From Sedimentisphaerales bacterium (GTDB lineage Bacteria > Planctomycetota > Phycisphaerae > Sedimentisphaerales > Anaerobacaceae): a stretch of 64,000 nucleotides of DNA. Made by a program: the position numbers and the translations under genes. Shown piece after piece: positions 55,916 to 64,000 of this stretch. The first letter of the stretch is position 1. Each line of letters begins with the position of its first letter. The stretch spans positions 21,932 to 85,931 of the forward strand of contig JAFGEF010000107.1 of the NCBI GenBank assembly GCA_016931715.1. The letters are read 5' to 3'. The notes beneath the pieces are model-generated. The model did no database searches, was not told the origin of the DNA, and was given only the letters and a program-made list of their open reading frames with translations.

Positions 55916-57928
55916 CTATACAGATTTTTCCACAATTTCTTCTGATAAAGTATAATTATAATACTGAAGACCTGTTTCAGATTCCTCTATAGTATCAGCA
56001 TTACCAACCGATGCAGACAAAGGTTTATCACACTTTATTATAGCAATATCAATATGACACTTATAGTTCTGGCAAGTATTATTACGCATAGATAATAAGT
56101 CATATAGATTGGAAGAATTTTCTTTAAATGTATTATTAAAATCAAAAATAAGATATAAACCAACTGTAGGCCTACCTTCAATCTTATCTTTTAGCATGTG
56201 TTGAACTAATTCTTTATCAATCCCTTGTTTCCAGTTACCGGAATCTTTCTTAAGCTCTATCCATAACTTATTTGGTTGTCGCTCAATGAGATAGTCACAT
56301 TGACCAAGTCCGCTATCTCCCTTTGGAGTTAATATTGCTCCTCGTTTACGAACATAGTGATCAAGTTGAAGTCTCATAAGAGCATCAATATTTTTTTCCT
56401 TGACAGGAATATTTTTCTCATACCAAAGTGCATTCCAAAAACCACCGAGGCGAATATCTTTTACCAAAGTTTTAAGAAAATCATGAATTCCTTCGAGAAG
56501 ACCTTTATTTCCTTTTTCAAAAGGTGCATCAATACTCTGTTGTGTTATTATAACTGTCTGAGTAGTATTCGTTACTTCATATAGGTGACTGCTAATGAGC
56601 GGCTCTAATCCCGATCTTTCAGGTAATTGTTTTATTCTTTCCATTAAATCATCGTGCATATTAACAATCTGGAATACTATTCCAGCATCTTTACTATGTT
56701 TATCACGTTTTTCTTCGTATCTCCACCCTCGCAATGCTTGGGCTCTACAACAAAATCGGCATCCATCCTTGCTATCAACAAGGGTCAGGTTAACAAAATT
56801 TATTACCCGCTTATGTTCCTGATTACGAAGTTTTATAGTAACTAGCTCATTCTTAAATCCTGTGCAATCTTCTATATAATCATCCCATTTGATATGGACA
56901 CCATTACCTTGGATAGCAAAATCAACAACAGTTCCATATAAATCTACTGTATTTTCTTCATACACACAATTGATTATGGCATTCCATCCGTTACCATTTC
57001 TTCGAAGTGGCCGAGGATCTCTTCCGCATAAACAAGGGATTAATTCAGATAAAGGACTTTGAAGTAAACGTCTTGTATCGATCATATCTCTATGTAATGC
57101 ATTTAAAATCTTATAAGCATCTTCGAAATATGATGAAATTAAAGATGGACGATTACAACTTAATCTATCTATGCCTGTCCTTTGTATGAGATTTGGTAAT
57201 TTTGATAAAACTCTTCGAACGTCGTATGTTTCCTGTTGTAGAGCTATTTCGGGATTACGTCTTACTGCAATATCAATCAGCTTTATTGTCTCAAGGATAT
57301 AGCGTGGCACTAATTCTTTTTTTACAGAGAGGATAGACTCGAGGATTTCTGACAGAAATACACTTGCTGATTTATTAACAGTCTCCGTATTGTCCGGTGA
57401 GAGGAGTGTCCCAATCCTTGAAACATATCCCGTAACAGCTCTCCCGAAATGTTCGGTTTCATTATAGAGACCTTCAAGACGAAGAAGTCTAAGGTAGCTT
57501 GGTAGGATCTTTTCATTAACATATTGTAAATCCGATATCCAACCTTCTAATACTTTTTGTGGATTGAGAATGCGGTTGTAATTTGGATTTTTTTGGGCCA
57601 ATACTTCCTCACCTCCAAGTCCATATTTCCATGTATCAAAAAGAATGGGGAATATCTTTTCGCACAATTCCTCTGCTTCGGGTATAAATGCTAATGATTT
57701 CATTATTTGTATAGCCCTTGCGCAAAATAAAGGACAATCTGGCCATTTAGCTTTATCCGTTAGTTCTTGAGCTTTATTGATAATACGAGCCTTCACACTT
57801 GATGTGAGTTTGCCTCCATGCAGAATGTATTCAATCTCTTCTAACATATTATGTCCTATTGTATTAACACAGGTGTGATTAAACCATTCGCTATGTGTAT
57901 CAATTGGTGTATTTTGTTTTCCTAACAT
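55916..57928 (-). CDS. 670-aa hypothetical protein: helical N-domain, PilZ-like barrel signature and PD-(D/E)xK-like C-terminal domain
   Basis: GGAG lies 9 nt upstream of ATG 57928. R306-P-L-R-R310 and D336-F-A-I-Q-G341 match the PilZ motifs. D545...E558-L-K560 (CDYLIERQPNKLWIELKK) matches a nuclease core. No family is assigned with certainty. Confidence 0.55.
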   Translation of the reverse strand: MLGKQNTPIDTHSEWFNHTCVNTIGHNMLEEIEYILHGGKLTSSVKARIINKAQELTDKAKWPDCPLFCARAIQIMKSLAFIPEAEELCEKIFPILFDTWKYGLGGEEVLAQKNPNYNRILNPQKVLEGWISDLQYVNEKILPSYLRLLRLEGLYNETEHFGRAVTGYVSRIGTLLSPDNTETVNKSASVFLSEILESILSVKKELVPRYILETIKLIDIAVRRNPEIALQQETYDVRRVLSKLPNLIQRTGIDRLSCNRPSLISSYFEDAYKILNALHRDMIDTRRLLQSPLSELIPCLCGRDPRPLRRNGNGWNAIINCVYEENTVDLYGTVVDFAIQGNGVHIKWDDYIEDCTGFKNELVTIKLRNQEHKRVINFVNLTLVDSKDGCRFCCRAQALRGWRYEEKRDKHSKDAGIVFQIVNMHDDLMERIKQLPERSGLEPLISSHLYEVTNTTQTVIITQQSIDAPFEKGNKGLLEGIHDFLKTLVKDIRLGGFWNALWYEKNIPVKEKNIDALMRLQLDHYVRKRGAILTPKGDSGLGQCDYLIERQPNKLWIELKKDSGNWKQGIDKELVQHMLKDKIEGRPTVGLYLIFDFNNTFKENSSNLYDLLSMRNNTCQNYKCHIDIAIIKCDKPLSASVGNADTIEESETGLQYYNYTLSEEIVEKSV

Positions 57929-58017
57929 TATAATTCTCCAGTTAAGATATTAAAGAGGAACTATAACCTGTAATATTCTTATAATCCTTATAAGATGATT
58001 TATTCATATTAAACGTA

Positions 58018-58989
58018 TCATTTGTTACTAATTGTTAGTTTTCTATTCACAATAAAGGTATTATTTGAAAGTTTTGGAGGATGATCTCGGAAACACAATT
58101 CAAGGTAAAAATCACTACTTGGTTTTCCATAAAACCAAAGCATCTCTTTAGCCAATTTTCTATCACTATGACGAACTGGAATGATACAGATACTTCCATC
58201 CATAACCTCGACAGGAGTTCCAAGAGTTTGAAATAGAACTATGTCGTATGCTTCTGGCGCTATATGAGCTTTATTTGGTTGGATATGAGTATAAAATAAT
58301 TCTTTTGCCTCTCTTGTAGCATATACAGTGTCAAAAGTTGCAATTTCATTAAGTAAACGAGTATAGCTGGACACAGATAACCATGGTTGTTGCCCAATAA
58401 GATAATCATAAGTTGCACCGTCAAATTTAAGATTAAGAACAAACATATCCTTTGCTTTCGGAGCTAATGGAGGTAGAAGAAAAGATGTAAATGAAGGTTC
58501 CTTACCTCTATGATTTTCAGGTTTTAAGTCTATCTTATGTTGTTCATTCATAAAGCAACCTTCTGGACCCGCTATTGAATATTCGATTGGTTGTTGAGCT
58601 ATAGACAGACAATTTACTCTTGGATAAAATAGAATCGATTTATCATCATTTGTATTTTGAATGATTCGGTCAGAATACAAACGATTTAGAAGATTCAAAG
58701 CTTCATTTTCAGTCTCAAAATCAAATGGTTCCAGCCATCCTTGCACATCTCCACGGTGGACTACGCGAGCACGCATCGGAATCGTATAAGGATTTTCAAG
58801 AAACAGAATTAAGGTGATATATACTTCTCTATCTTCGTTTTTAAATACCAATCCTTCAGTCACTTGTCGTGCTATCAATGAGGGACATGTTGGCCATTCA
58901 GAAGTGAGGACAATGCAGTCAGATCCACAATTGCAACTGTACTTTTTATGATTGGTGGTATTTAAGTGAGTATTATTTTTTTGATTCAT
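58018..58989 (-). CDS. 323-aa hypothetical protein (Cys-rich N-terminus), upstream partner of the 670-aa gene
   Basis: GGAG lies 10 nt upstream of ATG 58989. The N-terminus is YSCNCGSDCIVLTSEWPTCPS. The gap to the next gene on the same strand is 89 nt. No family is recognised. Confidence 0.5.
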   Translation of the reverse strand: MNQKNNTHLNTTNHKKYSCNCGSDCIVLTSEWPTCPSLIARQVTEGLVFKNEDREVYITLILFLENPYTIPMRARVVHRGDVQGWLEPFDFETENEALNLLNRLYSDRIIQNTNDDKSILFYPRVNCLSIAQQPIEYSIAGPEGCFMNEQHKIDLKPENHRGKEPSFTSFLLPPLAPKAKDMFVLNLKFDGATYDYLIGQQPWLSVSSYTRLLNEIATFDTVYATREAKELFYTHIQPNKAHIAPEAYDIVLFQTLGTPVEVMDGSICIIPVRHSDRKLAKEMLWFYGKPSSDFYLELCFRDHPPKLSNNTFIVNRKLTISNK

Positions 58990-59520
58990 AAATATAACTC
59001 CAAAAATAACATTTAATATAATATAAATACAGATTATTTGGACCCATCTGAAGCAAGTTAAAATTATTGCGGTAGTCTATGTATTTATGGTTTAAGAGGG
59101 AATTAGAATTTAACACAATTAGTTGTTCAGATGATATATTAAGAATTCTGAAAGTAAAATGGCGATAGAATTTCAGCGAAACCAAGGATAGTAGAGGTGA
59201 AAAAAAATTAATGATTCCACAATGAGTATTCTTCATTCTCTGTCCTTGTATTTTTACTTTTCTTTTTTAAAACAGACAATAATGCTAATCTAATCCTACA
59301 TCGATTAGCTATCTACAAAAATAAATCTTTTCCGAATATTACATTGTAATACAATTATGTAAGATTTGTCAATTGTGGTAACTACGTATTTTAATACGAA
59401 AAATATTTGTTTTTGAGCTAAAAACAAGCATTAGTAGAAATTTATTATTCTTCTTAGAAAAAGCATATGAAAATATAGTCCGAATCCTTTTTATATGGCG
59501 TTAGGGTATTTTTTTGATTT

Positions 59521-59561
59521 TTATCCGTGTGTATTGGTGTTAATTTGTGGTTTTGAATTAG
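59521..59561. repeat. short intergenic repeat module M1 (right, inverted copy)
   Basis: Its reverse complement, ctaattcaaaaccacaaattaacaccaatacacacggataa, aligns with 50442-50475 at 26 of 34 positions. Confidence 0.35.
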
Positions 59562-59660
59562 TATTTAGTCTCAAGCTGTTAGTGGTTATATTTCCGCCTG
59601 CGGTGGATCTTCGACTTTGCGTGCTTTGCGGCTTTGCGGGAAATTTAGTCGTTAGTCGTT

Positions 59661-59733
59661 TGTCGTTAGTGAATAGTAAATGGATTCCCGCCTTCGCGGG
59701 AATGACAAACTTAGAAAATAATCTGTGAAAATC
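59661..59733. repeat. hairpin-containing intergenic repeat module M2 (right copy)
   Basis: The sequence is tgtcgttagtgaatagtaaatggattcccgccttcgcgggaatgacaaacttagaaaataatctgtgaaaatc. The central hairpin is cccgc-cttc-gcggg. It is the reverse complement of the 48711-48807 element, with a 24/24 identical core. Confidence 0.6.
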
Positions 59734-59858
59734 TGCGTTCATCTGCGGATAATATCTTCGAGTTCTTCGTGTGCTTCGTGGTGGAAATTTATTTAGTCCG
59801 TTAAAATGTGTTTTAACAGCATTGTGAGAGTATGCACTATTTCTTGAAAAAGTATCGG

Positions 59859-59902
59859 CGATATGCGCGTCGCGCAAGCGGCTGATCGGGCGCGCGCATC
59901 GG
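59859..59902 (-). terminator. GC-rich stem-loop downstream of the autokinase gene (terminator candidate)
   Basis: ATGCGCG (59863-59869) pairs with CGCGCAT (59893-59899), with possible extension CGAT/ATCG. On the minus strand a TTTTT run (59847-59851) follows about 8 nt later. It lies about 80 nt after the stop at 59981. Confidence 0.3.
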
Positions 59903-59980
59903 TTATGTCGAGAGTGAGTATCGGCTATATAATTATCGCTTATAGCGTACAGGGGAAAAATGCAAGTGTCTTGACGGCGG

Positions 59981-62221
59981 TTATATTCCGTATGCCAGGC
60001 GTTGTTTTTTCTGGTATTTCCGGTATGATTTATACTGCTGTTTAAAATAGCCGCCTGTTCTTGCTCTTGCCGCAAAAAGGACACAGCCGACTATGCTTGA
60101 GCTTGCGCCTTTTATTTCGCGTATTGTTCTCTGGGCAGCGCCGGTATTGGTATCATCTGCACAGAAGACCAGCAGCGTCGCATCCGCAAGCGAGGCTAAA
60201 ACTGTAGAATCGCTTACGAGAAGTACCGGAGCGCCGTCGATTATGATATGGTCATAATTCCTTCGCAATTCTCTGACAAGCTCATCCATTCTTATGCTTC
60301 CGAGCAGGTCGGAAGGATTAGCCGGCATCGGGCCGCAATCGATTATGCTGAGTCCCTCGATGCCGCTTGATCTGATGGCATTCTCTGTCTTGCACTGGTG
60401 CATCAGAACGCTGCTCAGGCCGAAATTGAAATGCTGCGATTCAAGGCTTTCGAGACTTTGTCCTTCTACTCTCGGGAAAATTACATGCAGATTTGGATTC
60501 CTGAAATTAGCGTCAATGAGCAGAACTTTTTTGCCTGAAGCTACGAAGACAAGCGCAAGATTGACTGCGGTTGAAGTTTTTCCCTCGCCGCTCATTCCGC
60601 TCGCAACGAGAATTGTCTTTAGTGACTCAAGCGGGCCTGAGAGCATGAGATTTGCCCTTAATCGGCGATAAGATTCACTTATCATCGAATAAGGGGCCTG
60701 CCTGACAATCTGACGAAGCTCGACGCCGCGAGAAAGTTTTTCTTCGGACACATCAGGAATGACCGACAGAAGAGGAATTCGCAGGAATCTCGAAACCTCG
60801 CTCGGGGTAGCTATCTGGTCATTTGTAAGCTCACCCATAAATGCAAGCGATATACCGAGTAAAAGGCCCAGCATTGTTAATGTAGGCAGCCACATATACC
60901 ACTGTCGTGATAAAATCATTTCCAGAGGCGCCGGAGCCGGACCAACAGATTGAATCTTCGGAATTTCCGGGTCGTTAAGCAGTGATGTCACTTTCTCGAT
61001 TTGCTCATCGATTTTTTTGAGCATATCCAGTCTCTCATCACGTATCTTCAGTTGTTTGTCAAATTCGATGCGTGCGGTATCAAGATCCGTTTTCTTTTTC
61101 TGGGCTTCAGCACGAAGATCGCTGAGCTTATCGTATCTTTCCTGCAGGATGTACAAGCCATCTCTTGCGTTTTCAAGATTTGCCAGACGTGTCTGATTGG
61201 CTATCTCTTCCTTTCTTAAATCCCGCTGTTTAAGAGTCTGCGCTACCATCTCCCTGACATGAATAACATCCCTGTGGCCTTCTCCGAACCTGGTTCTAAG
61301 AGCGGATAACTGAGTCTGCTGTTCAGTCAACTGCTGAGCAAGCGAAAGCATAATCGGGTCTTTTTCAACCAATATTTCGATTTGCTCGTTAATAGGACCA
61401 TCCGCCAGCTCCTGAAGATTTTTAATATCAGCTTTTAATTGCTCCAAACCCATATCGAGGTTAATTTGCTCAAGCTCTATGCTTTCGAGAATTTGAGTAA
61501 CGGTATGGCGAAAATTGCGGGTCTCCGGCATCTCAAGATCCAATATGCCGGCTTTGTTTCGTATTGCCGATAATCCATCATTTGCATTATCCAGGTCTTT
61601 TTGAATGGACTTTCGCTGGTCATTGAGCGGCTTCAGCTTTTGTGTGACTTCTTCTTTTTCGACACCCATTTGCTTGGCAAGAAATAGTTCCACCATTTTA
61701 TTGACTATAACCGCGGACTCCTCGGCATTACCGGCTGTCATCGATAACTCGACAAAATCGCTGTCTCTTTGCGGAAAAGCAACGAAGGAATTTTTTAAAG
61801 ACCGTACTAATTTGACAATGTCACTGTCTTTGTCCTGGTACCATTTAGTCTTTCTTATCGTATCATTGTCCAAAAGATATTCCAACATGCTTTGCTGCTT
61901 GATTAAATTTGCGATAGACCTGCGATGTGCGTAAAGGATATCCTTTTGCGGCTGCACGCCTCCAATCACCCATGGATCGGATGGCGTCGGAGAAAGAATC
62001 TTGATATATGTAGTTGCATTATATTTCGGGTAATATTTCTGTAAAACCTTCCAAACCCCGAAACCTGCGATAAAACCAAATACTGTCAGGATAAATATCA
62101 GGAATATATGACGCCGCAAAATCCCACAAACCTCCCTGGCAGTCAGTGAGGCAGAATCCTGTGACCTCATACCCGCCGGCACAGACATTCTGTTGGATAT
62201 TAGTGGGCTTTTCTCAACCAT
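59981..62221 (-). CDS. polysaccharide co-polymerase / tyrosine autokinase (Wzc/GumC/EpsG-like)
   Basis: The N-terminal TM is IFLIFILTVFGFIAGFGV, followed by a long coiled-coil periplasmic region and a second TM (WLPTLTMLGLLLGISLAF). The P-loop is SGMSGEGKTSTAVNLA, with VLLIDANFRNP and IIIDGAPVL. The tail YFKQQYKSYRKYQ is Tyr-rich. Confidence 0.8.
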   Translation of the reverse strand: MVEKSPLISNRMSVPAGMRSQDSASLTAREVCGILRRHIFLIFILTVFGFIAGFGVWKVLQKYYPKYNATTYIKILSPTPSDPWVIGGVQPQKDILYAHRRSIANLIKQQSMLEYLLDNDTIRKTKWYQDKDSDIVKLVRSLKNSFVAFPQRDSDFVELSMTAGNAEESAVIVNKMVELFLAKQMGVEKEEVTQKLKPLNDQRKSIQKDLDNANDGLSAIRNKAGILDLEMPETRNFRHTVTQILESIELEQINLDMGLEQLKADIKNLQELADGPINEQIEILVEKDPIMLSLAQQLTEQQTQLSALRTRFGEGHRDVIHVREMVAQTLKQRDLRKEEIANQTRLANLENARDGLYILQERYDKLSDLRAEAQKKKTDLDTARIEFDKQLKIRDERLDMLKKIDEQIEKVTSLLNDPEIPKIQSVGPAPAPLEMILSRQWYMWLPTLTMLGLLLGISLAFMGELTNDQIATPSEVSRFLRIPLLSVIPDVSEEKLSRGVELRQIVRQAPYSMISESYRRLRANLMLSGPLESLKTILVASGMSGEGKTSTAVNLALVFVASGKKVLLIDANFRNPNLHVIFPRVEGQSLESLESQHFNFGLSSVLMHQCKTENAIRSSGIEGLSIIDCGPMPANPSDLLGSIRMDELVRELRRNYDHIIIDGAPVLLVSDSTVLASLADATLLVFCADDTNTGAAQRTIREIKGASSSIVGCVLFAARARTGGYFKQQYKSYRKYQKKQRLAYGI

Positions 62222-62242
62222 TCTTTTCTCCGTTTATATAAA

Positions 62243-64000
62243 TTAAGGCGAAACACGCTCAATAGCCTTATTTATCCTGTCCCTGGTTTTTTCTGATAAA
62301 TATTTATCGCCAAGTTCCAGCGCCCTTTTATACGCTGTAAACGCTTCTTCCTTTTTTTCAAGCTTTTCTTTTATCATTCCCTTGTGTTCATAAACCTCAG
62401 CGGGCACAGTCGTTATTCCCTGCCGGGTATATTCTCTCAGCGCTTCGTCAATAATTCTTTCCGCTTCCGCATTTTTCCCGTTTTTAAGCAATACAAAAGC
62501 GTAAGTATCCAAAAAGCCAGGATCATTGGGTCGTATATCCTGAATCCGCCCGGAGTATTCAAGAGCATCAGATAGACGCTGATTACTCTCTGCAAGCATA
62601 TACGCCAGGTTATTCAGCACCTTGATATTATTCGGCATTTCAGACAAGAGACTTTCGTAATCACTGATTGCCCTGTCGATATATTTGTTATCGGAAGTAT
62701 ATGAATAGGCATAAAGAAGCGTCTCTGCCTTTTTTAGGACATAATCAGTTTTTATCGGGCTGTCTTTGCCGGCCAGCTCGATGCATTTATTGATATATTC
62801 GATAGATTTGTCATAATCATTATTTATTCTTGATAAATAATACATGGTATAATTTGCCGCGAGCGAACCGGGATTTTTTTCAAGCATTTCCTTGCAGAAT
62901 TTCCTGGTTTCCTCCAGTCCGATAATGGTATGCATTTTTATGAGAACGTCGGAAGCATATTTCTCGTTTGTTCTTATTTTATCAAGAGCTAAACGACTGT
63001 ACTCCGCTGCTTTATCCTCGTCATGAAGTAAAAGTTTTGCCTCTGTCATATGCAAATAAGCCGGAGATGCATAACTGGTGTTAATATACTTTTGGGCTTC
63101 TTTAAGAACAGTTTCCGCTTTTTCAGGATGCCAGTTATCAGTGCCTGAATTACCGGTTTTTTCTAAAAGAGTCCTGAGATAACCATCGAATACAGTGACA
63201 TACAACGGGTCGTCAATTTCATTACCCTTATTTTCGCCGCTGAAATGCTCACGAAGTATTTCGCACGATTTTTCATAAAATTTTTCAGCTCTTTCGTATT
63301 CTTTTATTTGAAAAGCATACGCGGCTGCCCTGTTAAGCCATTGAACGTGGTCAGGCTGATTCTTCAGAATATCATCATATAGATTCTCCAGTGCAGTCTT
63401 CCTGTTAAGCTGCATGTAAATATTTTCAAGCAGCAGTCTTGCCTCATCAGGAGAATCAGGTTTGCGCAAAATGCCCCTCAGCACACTTTCGGCTTCATCA
63501 AATCTGCTTATCTGGATATATACTTTAGCCAGCTTAATCCCTGTATCAGGATTATCCGAGAGCGTTATGCTTGTTTTTAAATCACTGATTGCTTTATCAT
63601 ACTCCGCCATAGCGGCATTTATTTCGCTGCGCAACTCCCACGCCGCAGGATTTGTTTTATTAGTTTGCAGATAGCTGTCTATTGTCTCCAATGCCTTTTT
63701 ATTATTATCCTGCCTGAACAGCAGCCACGCCTGAAGCATTTTTATACCGGATTCATCCGGGTATTTTTCTTCGAGACTTTGCAGTTTATGCTCGGCTTCG
63801 GTGATAAGTCCGACTGTAAGAAAAGCTCTTATCTGCGAAACAATATTATCTAAATTATTATTAATAGAAAGCAGTTCATCTGAATATTTTTTGACTGCTT
63901 CCTTATCATTTAATTTTTGAGAAACAAGCATTAAACCTCTCAGAACATCAGTATCATTGGCATCTTTTTTATATAACCTTTCGAGCACATTTTTGGCTCC
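62243..64000 (-). CDS. TPR-repeat protein (EPS / PEP-CTERM-locus associated); the N-terminus lies beyond the window end
   Basis: It consists of many 34-aa TPR-like repeats (A..Y...L...P....L..LA..) throughout. The reading frame stays open upstream of the GTG at 63988 to nt 64000, so the gene is probably partial. Confidence 0.7.
   Translation of the reverse strand, partial: GAKNVLERLYKKDANDTDVLRGLMLVSQKLNDKEAVKKYSDELLSINNNLDNIVSQIRAFLTVGLITEAEHKLQSLEEKYPDESGIKMLQAWLLFRQDNNKKALETIDSYLQTNKTNPAAWELRSEINAAMAEYDKAISDLKTSITLSDNPDTGIKLAKVYIQISRFDEAESVLRGILRKPDSPDEARLLLENIYMQLNRKTALENLYDDILKNQPDHVQWLNRAAAYAFQIKEYERAEKFYEKSCEILREHFSGENKGNEIDDPLYVTVFDGYLRTLLEKTGNSGTDNWHPEKAETVLKEAQKYINTSYASPAYLHMTEAKLLLHDEDKAAEYSRLALDKIRTNEKYASDVLIKMHTIIGLEETRKFCKEMLEKNPGSLAANYTMYYLSRINNDYDKSIEYINKCIELAGKDSPIKTDYVLKKAETLLYAYSYTSDNKYIDRAISDYESLLSEMPNNIKVLNNLAYMLAESNQRLSDALEYSGRIQDIRPNDPGFLDTYAFVLLKNGKNAEAERIIDEALREYTRQGITTVPAEVYEHKGMIKEKLEKKEEAFTAYKRALELGDKYLSEKTRDRINKAIERVSP

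Noticed and set aside
58973-59236. An 87-aa minus-strand ORF overlapping the start of the 323-aa gene.
   Set aside because: It lies in an AT-rich leader region, has low-complexity composition, and overlaps the RBS and start of a better-supported gene.
49742-59980. Calling the AT-rich island a mobile element (integrative island, prophage remnant or transposon).
   Set aside because: No integrase, transposase, recombinase, tRNA target or clean direct repeats are visible. The flanking inverted modules belong to a spacer repeat class that also occurs elsewhere in the window.
59521-60084. A 187-aa minus-strand ORF, and the 77-aa plus-strand ORF at 59495-59728, in the spacer downstream of the autokinase gene.
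   Set aside because: The sequence is a translation of concatenated hairpin repeat modules (LNTNSKPQINTNTHG, YPQMNADFHR, VIPAKAGIH). The ORF overlaps the 3' end of the Wzc-like gene. It has no RBS and no protein-like composition.
1-64000. A search by eye for CRISPR arrays, tRNA/rRNA genes, riboswitch-like leaders and long tandem repeats.
   Set aside because: No regularly spaced direct repeats, no cloverleaf-like GC-rich segments of 70-90 nt, and no rRNA-like stretches were seen in the few non-coding regions (10919-11178, 41308-41551, 44016-44318, 48636-48901, 49742-50588 and 58990-59980). This was a visual scan only and no covariance models were run.

Overview
This is a densely coding 64-kb stretch with about 50 genes. 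I recognised no rRNA, tRNA, CRISPR array, transposase or integrase. The host looks like a moderately AT-rich diderm bacterium. Several features point to the PVC superphylum (Planctomycetota/Phycisphaerae-, Lentisphaerota- or Kiritimatiellota-like), but that assignment is inference only: a PEP-CTERM-type sorting signal, a LamG-decorated secreted glycoside hydrolase, a MoxR-DUF58-VWA Bat-like cluster with N-terminal double-TM proteins, a GspG-like tail, and mosaic hairpin repeats in the spacers. The window divides into five blocks. (1) 1-13.8 kb, minus strand, is a surface-glycan locus. It holds three nucleotide-sugar activation routes (a truncated NDP-sugar pyrophosphorylase plus SDR; a CDP-glucose route rfbF-rfbG-epimerase-C-methyltransferase-reductase; and dTDP-rhamnose genes rfbA-rfbD-rfbB), two glycosyltransferases and three further methyltransferases. 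(2) 13.9-41.3 kb is one uninterrupted 27-kb minus-strand gene train. In transcription order it reads: TM/coiled-coil protein, iron-type solute-binding lipoprotein, double permease fused to an NHL propeller, Bat-like MoxR/DUF58/VWA genes, an ABC-2 ATPase, six tandem paralogous double ABC-2 permeases, and a MalK/FbpC-type ATPase. (3) 41.5-49.7 kb holds a TM-anchored orphan, a UDP-sugar 4-epimerase-like SDR, a 1438-aa GH43-CBM6-LamG-GH30-LamG secreted enzyme and a PEP-CTERM beta-helix-like protein. (4) 50.5-59.0 kb is a visibly AT-richer accessory island (GC not computed). It starts with a truncated FRG gene. A five-gene plus-strand operon follows: OAS/CD-NTase-like nucleotidyltransferase, DUF6602-like PD-(D/E)xK protein, a 594-aa orphan with a nuclease-like tail, an MfnB-like aldolase and a nucleoside-2-deoxyribosyltransferase-like protein. 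A convergent two-gene module encodes a 670-aa protein with a PilZ-like signature and a PD-(D/E)xK-like C-terminus. (5) 59.98-64 kb holds a Wzc-like tyrosine autokinase and a TPR protein (EPS export). The best candidate for an undescribed system is the island at 51.0-59.0 kb. The second most unusual feature is the six-fold permease array behind a single ATPase. All functional calls come from motif recognition by eye and no searches were run.
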